From: the human T2T-CHM13v2.0 reference genome, Homo sapiens
Reading direction: 5' to 3' (one strand)
Length of the DNA stretch: 64,000 bases
Assembly (NCBI RefSeq): GCF_009914755.1
Contig: NC_060927.1
Shown here: positions 31,972 to 49,139 of the stretch, in pieces
Numbering within the stretch: the first letter of the stretch is position 1
Layout of the letters: each line of letters begins with the position of its first letter
The notes under the pieces: generated by a model
The model's database searches: none
What the model was told of the DNA's origin: nothing
What the model saw: the letters and a program-made list of their open reading frames with translations, nothing else
Translations under genes and position numbers: made by a program

Positions 31972-34313
31972 TATGTAGTTCAAGCTTTTGTCACTCAGTC
32001 TTTTTATTTACCCACTTCCTCTAAAGCTAGGTGATACAAAAGAAAAATTATTCCAGTGCTCACTCAAATGGCTTGGAAATAAGCTAGAGATTATTTCTCA
32101 GTCTATTACATAATAATTACTGTTTTGAAGTGCATAGTATCCATGTCTGTTCCCCATAATGCATTGCTTTTTTCTTTTCTCCAGGTGTACATTGGAACCC
32201 AGTCACATGGCCCATAAACAGATCATTTGTTCAAGCACCTTTCCTGAGAATCTAAGTCTTCATTTGACAAGTCTAACACTCTTTTTCAATGACTGCATGA
32301 TATCACAGTCTGGTTAACACTAAGCTGTAGGTTCCCTAAAGCTAGGATTGTTGTGTGTATGTGTATGTGCATGTGTCCATGCATGTGTATATGTGTGTGT
32401 TTAACTACTATCTTTAAAGTAACCTAGGAGTTTAAGTCTCCTCTGCTATTTTCAATTTCTAGGCTCTTTGGTATAGACAAAGAGAAATCATTGTCTTTTC
32501 CTCACTCCCTTTCAAATCAGATGCAGTTTGGAAGAAAAGTAACAATTATTTTTTAGTCCATGTCCTTTCCAATAATAAGGACAAATATAGAAACGTGTCC
32601 TGCTGCTTCATGTAGAATTATTTTAAGCCTATTAAGTAGGCCTATCCAACTTTAATCAGGTACAGACAAGAGCTTGCTGATCTGTGCATTCTGAAATTTC
32701 ATTGCTCCTACACAAACTCACTGCCTGGAAACAAGGAAGCCTGACACTTGAAGGGCCGTGCTGTCTGACAAACTGGATTAATAATGAATGAACCCATCTT
32801 GTATAATCAGAAAGGGGAGGAATGCTACAAATTAGAAATAAGCATGTTTTTTGTTACAGATGGCAGCAGGACGCTGCTTGGGGTATCACTGATGCTCAAA
32901 TTAGCTGTGGGGCATGGGAACCACTTGCTGCCTCTCACTGTTTCTTACTTTTCTCTCGAGATTCTCCTTCTCAAGGGATTTGCAAAATGAGAAATTCAAA
33001 CTTAGGAGACACATTTGCACCACATGAGAATGACAACTTATTATTCATCTAGGGTGTACAGATACTGTAAATGGGTTACATTTCCATCTTAAATTAGGTT
33101 AAAGTTCTCATATTTTCCATATAAGTTGGATCAAAATTATGCCAAGATGGGAATTTTTGCTAGATTTCTGGTATTCTCAAGAGATGCTTATTCTGAATAT
33201 CATGTGCTTTCAGAGAAAATGAGCTGCCCATCTCTGAATCTGGGGAAACGTGCTGGTATTTCAATTGGTTGGAGCTTGTTTTGTTTTGACATATGCTACC
33301 AACGACTAGCTGTGGTATCAGCGTTGTATGTGTGTGAGCACCAAAATGTGAACAGATACAGAAATGAAGTAAAATGAAAAATCTTAGAGAGAATGCAAGG
33401 GAGAACCGGTTAGCATCATTTCATTAACCAACCTGAAAATGTATTTCTATAGGGCAAAGACTAGACCACAGATATATGCAGGTACTACAAATATCTCACG
33501 AAATATCCAAAATATCTCAGTGACCCAAGAATGGTCGTTGATCCTGAGATAAACTGACAACCTGCCCACAGATCTATAGTGGTGGTGTTGGAGGGGCTGA
33601 GAATTCCTCTACCTCCTGGCTGTGATCCTATCTACCTGTCCTAGGTTTCATTTAGCACTGTCTTGATTCTCCTGCGTGATGAAGGCCTCATGTGTTGAGG
33701 TGAGAGTAGACTGAGGTCAGCTTAGGTGGTCTGGAAGTCAGTGAGTCTCTAAATCTATGGAGAGAACACATGGAAGTCCCAGCTGTTCATGGCTACTTTG
33801 TGAGGAAAGCCTGTGTTCGGTCAAAGTGGACCAATTAATGTAGCCAATGTGATATTTCCAGGTCACAATAATTATTCCCAGAACATGCTGTCCAGCAGGG
33901 GAGACATTTTTCAGACATGAACAAAGTAGGCTCCGATTTGCCTACCTGTTGGCATCTAGTATGTGGATGAGAGTATAAGTTTTGGTTTAGAGGCCTTTAA
34001 AAGGTCTTCCAAAATCGGGACAGCACCTCCAGCAGCTGATTAGATTATGGTGTCAAAGGGTTTGGGAGATGGACGATTGCAAAGAGGAAAGAGCAGAGCA
34101 GTGTGTGGTAACAGTAAGCTTTTGCAAGGATAGAAAGTGGCCACCTTAATTAGGTTAGCTAGACTGTGACTAACATATGCTCCAGGGACAAGGGCAAATC
34201 CATCAAGAAACCCCAAGTCACAATGGCTCTGTTCTTTACTCAGCTGGTCTACCCTGCCTATTGCCCATGCAGAGCCATCTTGAGAAGCTCTCACTGAGCT
34301 ATGCTGTGTCACC

Positions 34314-34784
34314 TGTGACAAGTAAGATAATGCAAGATGTCCACGTCTGAATTCCCAGAACTTCTGGAATGTGGCAAGGAGGAATTAAGGTTGCATGTGG
34401 AATAAAGAGATCAGCTGACCTTGAGATGGCAGAATTAGCCTGAATTACCCAGGTGGGCCCAATGTAATCACAGAGTCCTTATAGGTGGAAAAGGGAAGCA
34501 GAGGAGAGGAAACCAGAGAGAAGGACTTGTCCACATTGCTGGCTTTTGAGATGGAAGAGGACCATGAGGAATTAGGGCAGTCCCTAGAAGCCAGAAAAGA
34601 TAAGAAAATCGATTCTTTTCTAGAGCCCCCATCCGGAAGGCATGCAAACCTGCCGACCTGATTTGAACCCAGTAGACCCATTTCAGACTTGTGACATTCA
34701 GAACTGTAAGTCAATAAATTTGTGTTGTTTTAAGCTGCTAAGTTTGTGGTAAATTGCTACAGCAGCAATAGGAAACTAATAAAG
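34314..34784 (+). mobile_element. MLT1D-like MaLR LTR
   Basis: cagctgaccttgagatgg, ccaggtgggcccaatgtaatcacagagtcctta, aataaatttgtgttgttttaagctgctaagtttgtgg...gcaataggaaactaata. Confidence 0.87.
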
Positions 34785-36599
34785 TAACATATAAAATGAA
34801 CCTTAACATATTCCTAAATATATTTAGAACCTGTGCTAGGGGGAATGATGCAGGCAAGAAGGCCTTCTGACAAAGCCTCAGAGAAGGCTGAGGGTAGGAA
34901 GAGGAGGGGAGGAATAATGAAGATGGTGTTTGTCACTGGCAGCTTTTTTTTCTTAGTCTAGCCCTTGGGGGAGAAGCTCTTGGAGGCTACAAAGTAATAA
35001 TCAAAATAACTGTTTTCAATAAAACCACCATAAAGCAACAGGCACAGGGAAGTATTTTTCTGGAGCCTTGCTAACAGGTCATAACACCAGAGCGCAGAGA
35101 AACCAGCCTACTTTGTGCTTCAGCCACAGAGTGGGCTGCAAAGTGCTGTGGAGTCTCAGAAATGATGCAAACGTGTTTGGCAGCTACCTGGGTCATTTTT
35201 CCCAGTGTTTGTGGAGCACAAGTGGCAAAGCACAGAAGAAATGGCCATTTGCATGGTAGACACAGCAGGGATCCTTGCAAGGGACACAAACAGACAGTGA
35301 AATGAGGTCCCAATGAGGCAACAATACCCAGCAGATGCGCTGTGGTCACTGGTCATAATAGCTCATAAGCAGAGCTGATGCCCCCTGGAAATTGAGTAGA
35401 ACTCTGTGGATGACTGATGGTCCTGTATGAAAACCAGGGGAGGGGCAAGGCTGACTTTCCTTATGCAACCCTCTTGAAACCCAAGGCTGCGGTGGCCTGA
35501 GGTCCCAAAGATTATTTTATAGTACCCAAGACTGTAGAAACGATAGTCACAAAAGGGCAGATGCATTGATAATATCAGGATAGGGCAAAACTTTCCTGGG
35601 AACTTCATATCTGGGACTTCTAAAATATTCCTATGTGGGATCTAAACCAGATTTAAGCCTAAGGCAACGGGGCTGTGAGGCAAATTAAATTGCTTTGTTA
35701 CCAAACTGTTAGCAGAACATTTTTCATTGACTGTGCCTTCACTGATGTGGTATCAGCCCTAAAGAAACTCATATTGGCAAATAAAAGACATAACATTCTG
35801 GCTTAGAACCTACATCCTGGAGATGTCAGATGTTTTACATCAAAAGAGGATGTGTTCTTATTTTTGTCTGAGAGCAGTTTCCAATAAAAAGGGATTCAAG
35901 CATGTTCCTAGGAAGAATACCCTAAAGGAGCTCTCTCTAGCTTCACAAACTCCATGCAAGACCACAAAGAGGTAAGAGAGTTTTGTCCCACCTGCACCAG
36001 GTAAGAGCACTGTGGCCACCACTTCCTGAGTCCTGTGCATAAAATCGTGTTCAAAAACTCCACGTCATTCTGCTACAAGACACCAAGATGCCTCGGCTTA
36101 TTTCCTTCAAAGTGTTTTCTCAGATGATAGTGTCAGTGTTGCTGATGATTTTTCCTCTAGCCCTTTCCTTACAAATTAACTGTCCTCTTTGTTAGAAGCT
36201 TCTCTGGATTCACTCTTGGAGATCTCCTGCCCTCTCTTTTTGGTTTGCCATACGTGTTAAGTAAAACCCCTGCCACTCACTTTGATGAGATTCAAGTGTT
36301 CCTCTCAGGGAGGAAAGGAAAGCCTCTTACTTGACAAGATGAATATGAAAGAGCAGAGATTGGTTGCATTTAATCAGAGTTCACACAAACCCCAAGCAAA
36401 ATGAAGCTGAAAATAACCCTTTTGACTGATTCAAAGTCAAATTCAGTTACAGATTTTGGGCAGCTGCAGATCTCAAACCATGAACTAAGGCCCTTCTCCC
36501 TGAGCTCATTCACCAGCTTGAACCTGAATATAAGTAGTTATTTAGAGCTTGTTAGGATGTAGACTGGTGGATCCTTTAATTCAATTTCACAGTCATTTA

Positions 36600-36820
36600 T
36601 TAAAGCAGAACAAAGTCAAAAGACCTGAACTTGAGTCTAGAAACTCCCAGTTCCTGGCTGTGTGACTGAAGGTAAATTGCTTACTTTTTCTGAACCTGAA
36701 GTTCTGCTTCTGTAAATTAGAGAAATCACTCCCTGTTTCATTGCTCTCACAAGATTGTTGTGAGGCACAAATAAATAAATAATATGTGAGTGCTATGTAA
36801 ATATTAATATTATTAGTAGT
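36600..36820 (+). mobile_element. MIR
   Basis: aagacctgaacttgagtct...ggctgtgtgact...ctgtaaa...gattgttgtgagg. Confidence 0.7.
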
Positions 36821-38221
36821 AGTTAGATCCTATAAGGACCACGAATGTGCACAACTCATTGCCCAGAACCTCAAAAAACTTACAATCCAAGAGGTGAACC
36901 GGAAGGATATACAACTGACCTATGAAATATGGCAGAATGTGATTACTGAGATTACTGCCATGGGGGCCCAAAGGACCTAGAGACTATGGGGAATGGGAAG
37001 GTTTGAAAAACAGAGCATTAGGTCTATTGTGAATTATGGGTAGCATTCCAGGGAGATGGGGAGAAAAGCGCCTTGGCAGAGGGAGGAGAAAAACCAGAGG
37101 TGCCCAGCCAGTGATGGAAGAATGGCAGGGAGACCCTTGTGGCAGGAGTAGTGGCACCAGGCATGGAGGGGCAAGGCCATGAGATGACCTAGAATCCTAG
37201 ACTTGTAGGACCCTAGGAAAAAGGAGATAGTATGACCATGAGATGTAGGTTCCCATATCCCAGCAACAGAGCTTGAATTTGAATTTGGGAGGAAAGTTAA
37301 TAAGAACACTGAATGTTATCCCAGTGAAGTGTCTTATCCCTACTTTAAAGCTTTTCTACATCCAGATTCCCTCCTATTAAGCTGCTCCTTAGTTGCTCCC
37401 CACCCCATTAATTAGAGCGTGTGAGGCTTCCAACTAATATCTCACTGGATTTTTGTGCTTTCTTCATATCCTTCACCAAGTTCAAGCCGAAGAAACTTTA
37501 TACTTTAAGAAAAGCCCAAGGTGAACTGTAAATATGCCAGAAGTCACACAGTCTATTATCTTTTCTGAAGCTTCCAAACAAAGCATACCAATTAACTTCC
37601 CCAGCCTACACGTGCTCTTTGGTATTGAGTATCCCGTGGCCAAACGAGGGTTTACAGCTGTCTTGCAGCTGAAGAGTGAACTGCACTGTGCTCTATGATA
37701 AGTTGTATGCTTCTCGCACTTTGATCTCCTTATCTCAAATCTTCACACACAGAACTGCACCCCACCCCCCACCACCACACTCAAGCACTTAATTTGGGCC
37801 CATCTCCTACACTATGGAATGAATACCTTGGTCCTGTTCCTTGCTCCTCTTTTTAGTGTCACTGTGGGGAAGGTTACTGTCAAAACATTAACCTACTTGA
37901 ACTGATTAGCGCAAAATCTGAAGAAAGGTTTTATTTGTGTGCATTTTAGAGAAATCCTACCCACTCCTTCCATAATTGTTTCCTTTCACCAAGGAATATT
38001 TCAAGAAATATTTCATCCCTCAGATATTTTGATCTGATTTTCTATTTCTCTCATACACAGCACTCAATGCTTTAGTGTAAATAAGACAGTTATGAACTCC
38101 AGGGTCAAATAAAATATTTGCTCCTTAACCTATTAAAAGATGTCTCTTATGTCCTTCTAATATGTGAATGCTTACTTATACTAAACACTTTATTTAAAAG
38201 TCTCAATTATTTTCGTAAGCA

Positions 38222-41200
38222 GTTTTCAACTTGTATTTTAGATTCAGGAGGTACATGTGCAGGTTCGTTGTTACTTGGGTATATTGCATGACCCAGAGGT
38301 TTGGGATATGAATCATCCCATCACCCAGGTAGTGAGCATAATACACAATAGGAAGTTTTTCAGTAGCTCCCTGCCACAGTAGTCCCTATTGTCTTTTGGT
38401 CCCTTCTGTGTGTCCATGTGTACTCAATGTTTACCTCCCACTTATGAGAACACGCAGTATTCTGTTCCTGTGTTAACTCGCTAAGGACAATGGCCTCCAA
38501 TTCCATCCATGTGGCTGCAAAGGACATGATCTCATTCTTTTCTATGGCTGCATAGTATTCCACAGTGTATAATATGTACCACATTTTCTTTATCCAGTCC
38601 ACTGTTGATGAGAATCTAGGGTGATTCTGTGTCTTTGCTACTGTGAATAGTGCTGTGATTAACATATAAGTGCATGTGTTTTAGTAGAAGGACCTATTTT
38701 CCTTTGGGTATATACCCAGTAATAGGATTGCTGGGCCGAATGGTAGTTCTGTTTTAAGTTCTTTGAGAAATCTCTAAACTGCTTTCCACACTGGCTGAAC
38801 TAATTTACATTCCCACCAACAGTGTATAAGTGTTCCCTTTTAACCACAGACCCACAAGCATCTGTTTTTTTTTTACTTTTTAATAATAGCCATTCTGACT
38901 GGTGTGAGATGGTCTCTCATTGTGATTATGGTCAGCATTTCTCTGATGATTCATGATAATGAGAATTTTTTCAAGTTTGTTGGCTGCTTCTATGTCTTCT
39001 TTTGAAAAGTGTCTGTTCATTTCCTTTGCCCATTTTTAATGGGATTGTTTGGTTTTTGCTTGTTGATTTAAGTTTCTTATAGATTCTGGATATTAGATCT
39101 TTGTTGGATGCATAGTATGTGAATATTTTTTCTCATTCTGTAGGTTGTCTAGGAAGTTTCTCCTTCTGTAGGTTACTGTGTTGATAGTTTCCTTTGATGT
39201 GCAAAAGGACTTTAGTTTAATTAGGTCCCACTTGTCTATTTTTATTTTTGTTGCAATTGCTTTTGGGGAGTTATTCATAAATTATTTGCCAAGGCCAATG
39301 TTCAGAGGGTATTTCCTAGTTTTTTTCCTATGATTTTTACAAAGTAAGGTCTTAAACAGAAATTTTTAATCCATCTTGAGTTAATTTTTGTTTATGGTGA
39401 AAGGTATGGGTACAGTTTCATTCTTCTGCATATGGCTAGCCAGTTATCTCCACACTATTTATTAAATAGGGAGTTCTTTTCCAATTTCTTGTCTTTGTTG
39501 ACTTTTTTGAAGATCAGACAGTTGTAGGTGTGTGGCTGTACTTCTGAGGTCTCTAACCAGTTCCATTGGTTTATATGGCTGTTTATGTACCAATACCATG
39601 CTGTTTTGGTTACTGTAGCCTTATAGTATTGTTTGAAGTTGTGATGTGATGCCTACAGCTTTGTTCTTTTTGTTTAGGATTGCTTTGGCTATTTGGACTC
39701 TTCCATGGATTCATATAAATTTTAGAATACATTTTTCTCATTCTGTGAAAAAGAACATCAGTAGTTTCATTGAATCTCTAAATTGCTTTGGACAGTATGG
39801 CCATTTTAATGATATTGATCCTTTCGATCCATGAAAATAGAATGTTTATCCATTTATTTGTATCATCTCTGACTTCTGTCAGCACTGTTTTGTAGTTCTC
39901 CTTGTAGAGATCTTTCACCTCCTCTGGTAGCTGTATTCTTAGGTGTTTCAAGTTTTTTTGTGGCTACTGCAAATGGTATTGTGTTCTTGATTTGGCTCTC
40001 AGCTAGAACGTTACAGGTATATAGAAATGCTACTGATTTTTTACATGATTTTGTATTCTGAAACTCTACTGAAATCATTTGTCAGTTCTAGGAGCTTTTT
40101 TGCAGAGTCTTTAGGCTTTTCTAGGTATAGTATCATGTGGTCAGCAAAGACAGTTTGACTTCTTCTTTTCTTATATGGATGCCTTTTATTTTCTTCTCTT
40201 GCCTGATTGCTCTGGCTAAGACTCCAGTACTATGTTGAATAGGAGTGCTAAGAGTGAGCACCCAGTCTTGTTCCAATTCTCAAGGGAAATGATTCCAGCT
40301 TTTGCCCATTCAGTATGATATTGACTGTGAGCTTGTTACAGAGGGCTCTTATTATTTTGAGGTATGTTCCTTCAGTGCCTAGTGTGTTGGTTGTTTTTAT
40401 CATGAAGTGATGTTAGATTTTGTCAAAAGATTTTTCTGAATCTGTTGAGATGATCATATGGTTATTATTTTTAATTCTGTTTATGTGGTGAGTCACATTT
40501 ATTGATTTTTGTATGTTGAACCAACCTTGCACCCCAGGAATAAAGCCCACTTGATTATGGTGAATTAACTTTTTGATGTGCTGCTGGTTTCAGTTTGCTA
40601 GTATTTTGTTGAAAATATTTGTGTCTATGCTCATCAGGGACGTTGGTCTGAAGTTTTCTTTTTTCATTGTGTATCTCCAAAATTTTGGTATTAGGCTGAG
40701 TCTAGATTCATAGAATGAGTTAGGGAGGAGCCCTCCTCCTCAATTTTTGGGAATAGTTTCAGTAGGATTGGTACCAGTTCTTCCTTATACATCTGGTAGA
40801 ATTCAGCTGTGAATCCACCTGTGTGAATCCACCTGGTCCAGGGTTTTGTTTTGGTTAGTAGGGTTTGTTTGTTTGTTTGTTTTCTGATTCAGTTTTGGAA
40901 CTTGATGTTGGTCTGTTCAGGTTTTCACTTTCTTCCTGATTCAATCTTGGGAGGTTGTGTGTTTCCATGAATTTATCTATTTCCTCTATATTTTCTAATT
41001 TGTGTCCATAGTGGTGTTCATAATAGTCTCTGAGGATCTTTTGTATTTCTGTGAGATTGGTTGTAATGTCATCTTTGTCATTTCTAATTGTGCTTTTTAG
41101 GATCTTCTCTTCATTTTTCTTTTTTTTCTTCCTTCATCTACCTAGCAGCCTATCAATCTTGTTTATTCTTTCAAAGAACCAGTTCTTGGTTTCACTGATC

Positions 41201-41868
41201 TTTTGTTTGGATTTCTGCATCTCAGTTTTGTTCAGTTCTTCTCTGATTTTAGTCCATTCTTTTATTCTGCTAGCTTTGGGGTTGGTTTGTTCTTTTTTTC
41301 TAGTTCCTCTAGGTGTAATGTTAGACTGTTAATTTGAGATCTTTCTAATTTCTGGATAAAGGTGTTTAGTGCTATAAACTTTCCTCTTAATACTGCTTTA
41401 GCTGCATCCCACAGATTTTGGTAAGTTCTGTTCTTATTTTCATTAATTTCAAAGAAGTTTTTAAATTTTTGCCTTAATTTCATTGTTTGCTCAAGAATTA
41501 TTCTGGAGTAAGTTGTTTAATTTCCATGTATTTGTGCAGTTTTGAGAGCTCTTCTTGGTATTGATTTCTATTTTTACTGTACTGTGGCCCAAGATTGTGC
41601 TTGGCATGATTTCAATTTTTTTCTAATTTATTGAGACTTGCTTTATGACGGAGCATATGGTTGGTCTTAGAATGTGTTCCCTGTACAGAAAAGAAAAATG
41701 TATATTCTGTTTTTGTTGGGTACTCTGTAAGTGTTTTTTAGTTCCAATTGACCAAGTGTCCAGCTTCAGTCCACAATTTCTTTGTTAGTTTTCTGCCTTG
41801 ATGATCTGTCTAATGTTGTTAATAGGGTGTTGAAGTATCCCACTATTATTGTGTGGCTGTCTAAGTCT
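38222..41868 (-). mobile_element. 5'-truncated older L1PA (PA15/PA16-like)
   Basis: ttttagattcaggaggtacatgtgcagg...cccatcacccaggtagtgagcata 3'UTR; antisense ORF2 remnants ([34 protein letters not shown]) running back into the EN domain. Confidence 0.92.
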
Positions 41869-42927
41869 TACAGTATTTAAAATCCTAGGCACAACTTTCC
41901 CAGGCTTTATTTTGCTTCATGTATTACAAATGTGATAAATGCAGGTCTAAAAAACAATGATCATTTTTAACTTTATGGGTCAATTCAAATAAAATACTGC
42001 AAGAATTAAATGTAAAAACTTTAAGGCACAATTTAAATTTTAGAACCTTTAAATTTAACCTTTAGGAAATCCCTTTAGAAGGAATGCACTTTCATAGCCC
42101 ATAATCCTTACTGTCTAAGAATTTGTCATTTACTGAGATACAGATACATGTAGTAAATATAACAAGAAAATTAAAATATTCATCATGGAAAACCATTATA
42201 TATTTAATAGAATAAGTTCAAGATTTTGCTCTAGCTGCCACAGATGATGAACTTACCATATAGTGTTACAATATCCATTGCTCCATTTCCACTGCCCCCA
42301 AAATGAGAATAAGAAAAAGGGTCCAAACAAATACTTATTTGGCATCAAATGAAATATTTTCATCACATTTTCATTTGGCAGTATCAATTGACATACTTTT
42401 TTTTGTTTTTGTCATTTAAATTGAGATAAAATAATTATATTGGTTAATGAAACGTTCTCTGCATATTGACTGAAAGCCACCTAAACTATTTTAACTGCTA
42501 CTTGAGATGGGAAGTCTCAGCATATGAACGTCCCCCATAGTACACAGTTTTCCATAGTACATATGTACATAGTGCACAGTAAATTATTTTCTATTGCATA
42601 TAGAGTGCCATAATACATGAGAGTATGAAATGCTATAAAGTAATGACATTTAGCATAACAGATGTTTCTAGTCCATTCCCACACTGCTATAAAGAATACC
42701 CCCTTAACTAGTTTACATTCACAGTGTGGAGATTCCTTAAGGAAATAAAAGTAGAACTATCACTTGATCAAGCAAATCTCACTACTGGGTATCTACCCAG
42801 AGGAAAAGAAGTCATTATTCAAAAGAGATACCTGCACACACATGTTTATAGCAGCACAATTTACAATAGCAAAATTGTGGAACTGACCCAAATTCCCATC
42901 AATCAATGAGTGAATAAAGAAACCCTG

Positions 42928-43018
42928 GTGTGTGTGTGTATTTATATATTATAAAAATATATATATATAAATATATATACATTTGTTATATTTACATATA
43001 TATATATATATATATATG
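42928..43018. repeat. (TG)n followed by imperfect (TA)n microsatellite inside the L1PB
   Basis: gtgtgtgtgtgta...tatatatatatatatatatata. Confidence 0.9.
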
Positions 43019-43330
43019 ATGGAATACTACTCAGCCATAAAAAGGAATGAACTAACAGCATTGGCAATGACCTGGATGATATTAAACACTGTTATTCCAA
43101 GTGAAGTAATTCAGGAATGGAAAACCAAAGATCGTATGTTCTCATTGATATGTGGGAGCTAAGCAATGAGGACACAAAGGCATAATTGTGATACAATAGA
43201 CTTTGGGGACGTGGGGGGAAGAGTGGGAAGAGGCTGAGGGATAAAAGATGACAAATATGGTGCAGTGTATACTGCTCGGGTGATGGGTGTACCAGGTTCT
43301 CACAAATCTCCACTAAAGAACTTACTCATG

Positions 43331-44232
43331 AAGGAGCCAAGATGGCCGAATAGGAACAGCTCCAGTCTACAGCTCCCAGCGTGAGCGACGCAGAAGACAG
43401 TGATTTCTGCATTTCCATCTGAGGTACCGGGTTCATCTCACTAGGGAGTGCCAGACAGTGGGCGCAGGTCAGTGGGTGCGCGCACCGTGCATGAGCCAAA
43501 GCAGGGCGAGGCATTGCCTCACTTGGGAAGTGCAAGGGGTCAGGGAGTTCCCTTTCCTAGTCAAAGATAGGGGTGACGGACGGCACCTGGAAAATCGGGT
43601 CACTCCCACCCGAATACTGCGCTTTTCCAATGGGCTTAAAAAATGGCGCACCACGAGATTATATCCTGCAAATAGCTTGGAGGGTCCTACCCCCACGGAG
43701 TCTCGCTGATTGCTAGCACAGCAGTCTGAGATCAAACTGCAAGGCGGCAGCAAGGCTGGGGGAGGGGCGCCCGCCATTGCCCAGGCTTGCTTAGGTAAAC
43801 AAAGCAGCTGGGAAGCTCCAACTGGGTGGAGCCCACCACAGCTCAAGGAGGCCTGCCTGCATCTGTAGGCTCCACCTCTGGGGGCAGGGCACAGACAAAC
43901 AAAAAGACAGCAGTAACCTCTGCAGACTTAAATGTCCCTGTCTGACAGCTTTGAAGAGAGCAGTGGTTCTCCCAGCATGCAGCTGGAGATCTGAGAACAG
44001 GCAGACTGCCTCCTCAAGTGGGTCCCTGACCCTTGACCCCTGAGCAGCCTAACTGGGAGGCACCCCCCAGCAGGGGCACACTGACACCTCACTCGGCAGG
44101 GTATTCCAACAGACCTGCAGCTGAGGGTCCTGTCTGTTAGAAGGAAAACTAACAAACAGAAAGGACATCCACACCAAAAACCCATCTGTACATCACCATC
44201 ATCAAAGACCAAAAGTAGATAAAACCACAAAG
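43331..44232 (+). promoter_or_regulatory. L1 5'UTR sense and antisense promoter
   Basis: YY1 motif caagatggcc at 43338-43347; more CpGs retained than in the first L1. Confidence 0.85.
43469..43777 (-). CDS. L1 antisense ORF0, open, 102 aa
   Basis: MAGAPPPALLPPCSLISDCCASNQRDSVGVGPS... begins at the ATG at 43777 (context GCAATGG) inside ORF 43469-43846; translation not demonstrated. Confidence 0.55.
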   Translation of the reverse strand: MAGAPPPALLPPCSLISDCCASNQRDSVGVGPSKLFAGYNLVVRHFLSPLEKRSIRVGVTRFSRCRPSPLSLTRKGNSLTPCTSQVRQCLALLWLMHGARTH

Positions 44233-45249
44233 ATGGGGAAAAGACAGAACAGAAAAACTGGAAACTCTAAAAAGCAGAGCACCTATCCTCCTCCAAAGGA
44301 ACACAGTTCCTCACCAGCAACGGAACAAAGCTGGATGGAGAATGACTTTGACGAACTGAGAGAAGAAGGCTTCAGATGATCAAATTACTCTGAGCTATGG
44401 GAGAACATTCAAACCAAAGGCAAAGAAGTTGAAAACTTTGAAAAAAATTTAGAAGAATGTATAACTAGAATAACCAATACAGAGAAGTGCTTAAAGGAGC
44501 TGATGGAGCTGAAAACCAAGGCTCGAGAACTACGTGAAGAATGCAGAAGCCTCAGGAGCCGATGCGATCAACTGGAAGAAAGGGTATCAGCGATGGAAGA
44601 TGAAATGAATGAAATGAAGTGAGAAGGGAAGTTTACAGAAAAAAGAATAAAAAGAAACGAGCAAAGCCTCCAAGAAATATGGGACTATGTGAAAAGACCA
44701 AATCTATGTCTGATTGGTGTACCTGAAAGTGATGGGGAGAATGGAACCAAGTTGGAAAACACTCTGCAGGATATTATCCAGGAGAACTTCCCCAGTCTAG
44801 CAAGGCAGGCCAACGTTCAGATTCAGGAAATACAGAGAACGCCACAAAGATACTCCTCGAGAAGAGCAACTCCAAGACACATAATTGTCAGATTCACCAA
44901 AGTTGAAATGAAGGAAAAAATGTTAAGGGCAGCCAGAGAGAAAGGTCGGGTTACCCTCAAAGGGAAGCCCATCAGACTAACAGCGGATCTCTCGGCAGAA
45001 ACCCTACAAGCCAGAAGACAGTGGGGGCCAATATTCAACATTCTTAAAGACAAGAATTTTCAACCCAGAATTTCATATCCAGCCAAACTAAGCTTCATCA
45101 GTGAAGGAGAAATAAAATACTTTACAGACAAGCAAATGCTGAGAGATTTTGTCACCACCAGGCCTGCCCTAAAAGAGCTCCTGAAGGAAGCACTAAACAT
45201 GGAAAGGAACAACCAGTACCAGCCGCTGCAAAATCATGCCAAAATGTAA
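44233..45249 (+). pseudogene. L1 ORF1p, full 338-codon frame with two nonsense codons
   Basis: 1017 nt from ATG to TAA; CGA>TGA at 44377 and 44620. Confidence 0.95.
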
Positions 45250-45312
45250 AGACCATCAAGACTAGGAAGAAACTGCATCAACTAACGAGCAAAATAACCA
45301 GCTAACATCATA

Positions 45313-49139
<3,827 letters not shown>

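Noticed and set aside
35327-35392. CTCF-like motifs ccagcagatgcgc and tgccccctggaa
   Set aside because: Each misses core consensus positions or spacing
40808-40835. Perfect 14-bp tandem duplication tgtgaatccacctg (similar small ones at ~14306, ~54490, ~63810)
   Set aside because: Routine slippage duplications with no further structure
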